Source of the DNA: an uncultured Chloroflexia bacterium
Lineage (GTDB): Bacteria > Chloroflexota > Limnocylindria > QHBO01
Direction of reading: 5' to 3'
Assembly (NCBI GenBank): GCA_963814375.1
Contig: CAWFCQ010000003.1
Coordinates: 103,393-167,392, forward strand
DNA: 64,000 nt
Position 1 is the stretch's first letter, and the number at the start of each line of letters is the position of its first letter. The translations under genes and the position numbers were made by a program. Shown here piece after piece: positions 59,514 to 64,000 of the stretch. The notes beneath the pieces are model-generated. The model was given only the letters and a program-made list of their open reading frames with translations. It had not been told where the DNA came from and did no database searches.

Positions 59514-60265
59514 CCGAATCCGATCGCCCGCGCCTCACGTTCTTCTTCCCCGCGTTCAACGAGGAGGAGAACGTTGAGGAGACGGTGCGCCGCGCCCTGG
59601 ACGATGTGGGCTCGCTGGTGGATGGCTCGATCGAGGTCCTCGTTGTCGACGACGGATCGACCGATCGGACGCGCGAGCTCGGCGAGGCCATGGCGGCCGC
59701 GGATCCGCGCGTGCGGGTCTTCTCGCAGGAAAACCGCGGCTACGGGGGCGCGCTGAGGGCAGGGTTCGAGAACTCGACCGGCGAGCTGATCTCCTTCTCG
59801 GATGGCGACCTCCAGTTCGACCTGCGCGAGATGTCCCGCCTGCTCGATCGGCTCGCCGACGATCGGCGCCCGGTCGATGTGGTCATCGGGTATCGGCGCA
59901 AGCGCCGCGATCCGCCGCACCGGATCTTCATCGCCAAGACCTACAACGCGATCGTCTCGGTGCTGTTCGGCCTGCGGGTGCGCGACATCGACTGCGCCAT
60001 GAAGCTCTTCCGGCGCGAGGTCTTCGATGGCCTGCCGCTCACCACCGACTCACCGTTCCTCTCGGCGGAGCTGCTCATCAAGCTCAACGCGCGACGAGAG
60101 CGCATCGCCCAGGTAGGGGTCACCCACTATCCCCGCGCCGCGGGGACGAACACCGGCGCCTCGTTCCGCAAGATCGTGCGCACCTTCCGCGACATCGGGA
60201 AGCTGCGTCTCGCGCTATGGACCCGGCGCTCCGAGGTGCTCGGGACGCCACGCAAGCGAGGCTAG
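59510..60265 (+). CDS. GT2 polyprenol-phosphate mannose synthase-like (Ppm1/DPM1-like)
   Basis: GT2 motifs (FFPAFNEEENV, VVDDGSTDRT, DGD) with DPM1-like collinearity. The GTG start overlaps the upstream stop (GTGA). Confidence 0.75.
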   Translation: MTESDRPRLTFFFPAFNEEENVEETVRRALDDVGSLVDGSIEVLVVDDGSTDRTRELGEAMAAADPRVRVFSQENRGYGGALRAGFENSTGELISFSDGDLQFDLREMSRLLDRLADDRRPVDVVIGYRRKRRDPPHRIFIAKTYNAIVSVLFGLRVRDIDCAMKLFRREVFDGLPLTTDSPFLSAELLIKLNARRERIAQVGVTHYPRAAGTNTGASFRKIVRTFRDIGKLRLALWTRRSEVLGTPRKRG

Positions 60266-60831
60266 GACTCCTCCGGATCCTGGCCGGAGGGGCCGGTCTC
60301 CCCGCTTCCGTATCCCGGCAGGTCGACGTCGAGCGAGTTGACGAACTCGCGGAAGACGGCGAGGCGTTCGTCGTCCTCGGCATCGCGTTCCTCGGTGCTG
60401 TCGGGCTCGACGCCGGCCTCGTCGAGCACGCGCTCATCGGCGTAGATCGGCGAGCCGGTGCGGACCGCGACGGCGATCGCATCGGAGGTGCGCGAGTCGA
60501 TCTCGGTCTCGTCGCCGGTTGGGGTCTCGAGGTAGAGCCGCGCGTGGAAGGTGCCGTCGATGACGTGCGTGACGACCACTCGGCTGATGCTCGAGCCGAG
60601 CGCGGCGAGGGCGCTGACAAACAGATCGTGGGTCAGGGGGCGTTCGGCGCTGAGGCCCTGGAGCCGCATGGCGATGGCGTTGGCCTCGGACGGGCCGATC
60701 CAGATCGGCAGATAGCGATCCCGTTCGGACTCCTTGAGGATGACGACGTGCTGGCTGGAGAGCATGTGCACGCGCACGCTCTCGACCACCATCTCGATCA
60801 GCCGGACCCGGCCGAACGGCTGTTCCGCCAT
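60262..60831 (-). CDS. bifunctional nuclease domain (DUF151/BFN) protein
   Basis: DUF151 blocks (VVILKESERDRYLPIWIGPSEANAIAMRLQG, RPLTHDLFVSAL, HVIDGTFHARLYL, DSRTSDAIAVAVRTGSPIY). Confidence 0.65.
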   Translation of the reverse strand: MAEQPFGRVRLIEMVVESVRVHMLSSQHVVILKESERDRYLPIWIGPSEANAIAMRLQGLSAERPLTHDLFVSALAALGSSISRVVVTHVIDGTFHARLYLETPTGDETEIDSRTSDAIAVAVRTGSPIYADERVLDEAGVEPDSTEERDAEDDERLAVFREFVNSLDVDLPGYGSGETGPSGQDPEES

Positions 60832-60850
60832 GGCCCGATTCTAGCGATCG

Positions 60851-63076
60851 CTACTCGAGCACGACGCGCAGCACACCGTCCGCGGTGAGCAGGTACGCGA
60901 CGGGCGGACCGTCGGCGACCGAGGTCACGGCGAGGCCGCGCACGTCGTCCAGCGTTTGCGCCCCGGCCCCGGCGGCCGGCGCCAGCCACTGCCGCACGAA
61001 GGCGCCGTCGGCGCGCTGGAAGCCGATGAGCCGGCCGTTCGCGGCGTCGTAGACGTACAGGAACTCGCGATCGCCGACCGTGGCGCCATCGAGGAGCCGG
61101 TAGTCGAGAGCGGGTCGCACGGCGGCATCGGGAGGGCGGTCGAGGGAGTAGTCGGCCTGGTCTGCCGGCGTGCCGAAGTCGACCCGGCTGACGGTGTCGC
61201 GGTGCAGCAGCCAGGCGTTCACGTCGACGCGCAGGTCGCGCGCGAGGCTCGGATCGAGGTCGGGCGCCTCGTTGAGGAATGGCTCCGGTGGCTCCGGATA
61301 GGTGACCGGGATGACGGCCGGTGGCGACCAGCGCAGGACTTGCCCCGTAGCCGCATCGACAACATAGAGGTTGAAGATCTCGAGCGGCGGCCGGTGCTGA
61401 AGCGCGCCGATCAGCGTCGTCTCGGGGCTCAGCCCCTCGACCCCGTTCAGCTCCATCCGCCGTGGAACCCTCTCGGTGAGGTCGATGCGCCAGGCGACTC
61501 GCTGGCGGTCGATGACGACGACGTCCGTGGCGGCGGTCGCGATGAGCCACGGTTCGCCGGGGGTCGCGCCCGACTCGAGCTCCTGCCCGGCCCGGTAGAT
61601 GATCGACACCGATCCGTCCGCCGGGTCGACGCGCAGCACCCGTCCGCGCCCCGACTCGGTGATCCACAGCGAGCCGTCGCTGGCGGCCACCATCTCGGCC
61701 GGCTCGATGTCGTCGTACGCCGCCGCGAGGTCCGCGACGACGATCGGCGCATCGAGCCGCGCGACGCGGTAGAGGGCGTCGAGGCGGCGGTCCACTCGCC
61801 CGCGCAGGCCGGCAAGCTGATCATCGGCGACGCCCACCCCGGCGGCGCGCTCGATCGCTGCGTGGGCCTCCGCCAGCAGCTCCGCGGCGTGCTCCGGGTC
61901 GCGGTCTACGAGATCGGCGCCGTCGACGCGCTCCTCCACCCGCCCGACGAGGTCGACCGCCTCGGCGATCGCCTCACGGGCGGTCGTGGCCCGCGGGATC
62001 GCCTCGGTCGGCTGGACCGACGGCAGGGCCGCCACCGTCGCGCCAACGGCAACCAATCCGGCCACCACCACCATGCCCGCCAGCCCGAGGCGGCGCCGGC
62101 GCCCCTGCTCTCGTTCCGCCGTGCGCGGGATGCTGCGTGGATATTCGGGCCTTCGGCGTGGAACGAACGCCAGCAGCCAGGAGAGGAGGGTCAGCACGCC
62201 GCGCCCGAAGGCGGCCTTCGCCTCCTCCGCCGCATCGCCGGCATGGTGCAGTCCGCGGCCGATCGCATCGGCCAAAGGCACCGGGCTCTGGTCGGGCAGC
62301 CCGGCGAACGGCTCCGCCGGATGGACGGGCTCGAGCTGGTGGACGGTGTCGGTCGGGGCGAGCTCGGCCACCTCGATGGCGAGCAGGCCGTCGGAGCCGG
62401 TGCCGCCCCGGATGGCGAACACCTGCTGGAGATGCTCGATCGCCTGGGATGGGCGCATCTCACCGAGGGACCGCTTCAGCTCGTCCACCCCCACCAGCTG
62501 GGCGAAGTGGCGGCTGACCAGGCCGATTCGGTCGCCACCCGCCAGCCCTCCCTCCCACGTGAACGGATCAACCTCGAGCGCCTCGCCCAGGGTCGCCGCG
62601 ACGCGCCGCTGGCGCACGCGGGGGTCCTCCTCGACCACCGGGGGTGGTGGTGGGACCTCGTACATGCGGCCGTCGCGAACGACCACCGCGCTGGCCGGGC
62701 CGAGCTTGGCGACGTGGGCCTCCCGCCCGCGCACGACGACCGCGACGATGCTCACGCCGGATCGCTTCGGAATGCCGAGCCTGCGGCGCTGGTGATAGAG
62801 GCGCCGGTTGGCTCCCCGCAGCGCCTTGGCCAGGGCCACCAGGACGCCGGCCGAGAGGTCGTAGTAATAGTCGTGGCGCAGGGCGTCGAGCGCCTCGCGG
62901 GCGGCGGCGGCGAGCGCCGGGGACCCACCCGTCAGCTGCGCGACCAGGAAGAGGCTGCCCTTGGTGCGGGCCTGCGCCCCGACGGCCGGCTCATGAAACG
63001 CGATGACGTCGAAGGATCCCGGCGCCCGCTCGTCGGCGGACGGCACCCCGATCCTGGTCGCGAAGCGGTTGCTCAT
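60851..63076 (-). CDS. hypothetical membrane protein (N-terminal cytoplasmic domain, one TMS, large extracytoplasmic domain)
   Basis: 741-aa ORF with a TM helix (RRLGLAGMVVVAGLVAVGATVAAL) and no firm motif. Confidence 0.45.
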   Translation of the reverse strand: MSNRFATRIGVPSADERAPGSFDVIAFHEPAVGAQARTKGSLFLVAQLTGGSPALAAAAREALDALRHDYYYDLSAGVLVALAKALRGANRRLYHQRRRLGIPKRSGVSIVAVVVRGREAHVAKLGPASAVVVRDGRMYEVPPPPPVVEEDPRVRQRRVAATLGEALEVDPFTWEGGLAGGDRIGLVSRHFAQLVGVDELKRSLGEMRPSQAIEHLQQVFAIRGGTGSDGLLAIEVAELAPTDTVHQLEPVHPAEPFAGLPDQSPVPLADAIGRGLHHAGDAAEEAKAAFGRGVLTLLSWLLAFVPRRRPEYPRSIPRTAEREQGRRRRLGLAGMVVVAGLVAVGATVAALPSVQPTEAIPRATTAREAIAEAVDLVGRVEERVDGADLVDRDPEHAAELLAEAHAAIERAAGVGVADDQLAGLRGRVDRRLDALYRVARLDAPIVVADLAAAYDDIEPAEMVAASDGSLWITESGRGRVLRVDPADGSVSIIYRAGQELESGATPGEPWLIATAATDVVVIDRQRVAWRIDLTERVPRRMELNGVEGLSPETTLIGALQHRPPLEIFNLYVVDAATGQVLRWSPPAVIPVTYPEPPEPFLNEAPDLDPSLARDLRVDVNAWLLHRDTVSRVDFGTPADQADYSLDRPPDAAVRPALDYRLLDGATVGDREFLYVYDAANGRLIGFQRADGAFVRQWLAPAAGAGAQTLDDVRGLAVTSVADGPPVAYLLTADGVLRVVLE

Positions 63077-63100
63077 GGACGCCCGGATTATAGGAATGCC

Positions 63101-63439
63101 CTAGGCCGATCCTCGACCAACCGATACGGCCATTCGTCGAAGCTCGATGGTCGCCCCCGGCCGGCCGCGCATCCGCTCGTTGACCGCCCACACGAGCGCC
63201 TCCCCGCGGAGCGTGAGCTCCTGGGCCAGGATCGGGTCGGAAGCCTCGACGTGCGCCGTGCCCCCCGTGACGCGGGTGATCCGGCTCGTGAGGGGCGCTC
63301 GCTCCAGGCGCCCCTCGGTCGTCACCTCGGACCATGCGAGCCGCACCTGGGCGAGCGCCAGCTGCTCCGCCGCGGCGGGGCCCATGCACGATGTCAGCGC
63401 GCGCTGCACCGCGGCACCGGCCTCTTCGCGCCGGCTCAA
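63101..63439 (-). CDS. DUF721/DciA-like protein (putative replicative helicase operator)
   Basis: 112 aa, immediately downstream of recF with a 4-nt overlap, as in actinobacterial dnaA-dnaN-recF-DUF721-gyrB loci. The assignment rests mainly on position and size. Confidence 0.55.
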   Translation of the reverse strand: MSRREEAGAAVQRALTSCMGPAAAEQLALAQVRLAWSEVTTEGRLERAPLTSRITRVTGGTAHVEASDPILAQELTLRGEALVWAVNERMRGRPGATIELRRMAVSVGRGSA

Positions 63440-64000
63440 GACTCACGCTCCAGCCGGCCGTCGGCGATGCGCCAGATCGCCGCCAAGCGGTGGCGCGCGG
63501 TCTCGAGGGTGGCGGGGTCGGCGGTCGTCACGATCACCTGGCCGCGGCCGGTCAGCAGCTCCGACAGGCGTCCAGCGCGGGCGGGGTCGAGCTCGCTGAA
63601 GACGTCGTCGAGCAGAACGATCGGCCGCGGGCCGTCGCTGGCCAGGAGGTCGGTCTCGGCGAGCTTCATGGCGAGGATGATGGTGCGCTGCTGACCGCGG
63701 CTGGCGTGGGCGGCAACCTCGCGCCCTCCGAGCTCGGCGCGCAGGTCGTCTCGCTGCGGACCGACGAGGCTCATCCCGTTCCACGCCTCGCGCTGGCGCA
63801 CCTCGGCGATCCTGCGCCGATACGCCGCAGCCAGCTCGTCGTCGCTCGGCACCCGTCCTGCCGCCTCCGCGCGCTCCGGCCACGCCTCCTTGAGCCCGTC
63901 GAGGTAGGTGAGATGCACCGATGCAGCCTGCTCCTCCGGCCCGGCGACGGCGTCGTGCAGGGGAGCGATGCGCTCACCGAGGTCGCGCACGACCTCCAGG
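63436..64000 (-). CDS. recF: DNA replication and repair protein RecF (C-terminal part; gene continues beyond window)
   Basis: RecF/SMC-like C-terminal motifs (LSRGQQRT-like SRGQQRTIILAMKLAE, Walker B PIVLLDDVFSELD). The ORF runs to the window edge. Confidence 0.85.
   Translation of the reverse strand, partial: LEVVRDLGERIAPLHDAVAGPEEQAASVHLTYLDGLKEAWPERAEAAGRVPSDDELAAAYRRRIAEVRQREAWNGMSLVGPQRDDLRAELGGREVAAHASRGQQRTIILAMKLAETDLLASDGPRPIVLLDDVFSELDPARAGRLSELLTGRGQVIVTTADPATLETARHRLAAIWRIADGRLERES

Overview
The window is visibly very GC-rich, roughly 70% G+C by eye. It is co-linear bacterial chromosomal DNA with the gene repertoire of an Actinobacteria- or Chloroflexi-like lineage and contains no obvious mobile-element, CRISPR, rRNA or tRNA signal. 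The window's high-coordinate end carries a partial recF followed by a DUF721/DciA-like gene, both on the minus strand. That implies dnaN, dnaA and oriC lie just beyond the window.

Gene order by coordinate:
- galE, a DeoC-like aldolase, a frameshifted CCA-adding enzyme gene and an HNH endonuclease.
- A membrane class-III adenylate cyclase followed by a decayed tandem duplicate of itself.
- pdxS-pdxT in an overlapping operon with a GNAT-like hypothetical, an R3H/AAA (Ycf45/SpoIIIAA-like) ATPase and tmk.
- A secreted internally repeated protein, a DarA/YaaQ-type PII-like c-di-AMP receptor gene, a DinB-like gene and a hypothetical.
- A 15-kb non-canonical complex I (nuo) operon, followed directly by otsA and a convergent, frameshifted otsB.
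- A sortase-like gene.
- An ArsR-controlled efflux operon: degenerate ABC ATPase, permease and MFS.
- A complete early phosphatidylinositol/PIM lipid cluster.
- A long minus-strand operon: ABC-2 exporter, three tandem two-domain GNAT (MshD-like) genes and a STAND-like cyclase/AAA/TPR regulator.
- A LiaF-like/PspC envelope-stress pair.
- A polyprenol-phosphate-mannose glycosylation module.
- A DUF151 nuclease and a large membrane protein.

The three loci most worth follow-up:
- The divergent N-module of complex I. NuoI is fused to a NuoE-like domain, the NuoG slot is filled by a NuoG/GltD/ferredoxin chimera, and several Fe-S ligand cysteines are missing.
- The PI/PIM cluster, which holds a conserved PHP-family phosphoesterase. 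This is a positional candidate for the still-unassigned phosphatidylinositol-phosphate phosphatase.
- The ABC exporter/triple-GNAT/STAND-cyclase operon, which has a structured repeat-bearing leader.

At least six otherwise well-conserved genes carry single apparent frameshifts while much longer ORFs are intact. This could be assembly indels or real gene decay and should be checked against reads.

All calls are from reading the ORF translations and the DNA by eye; no database searches were run.
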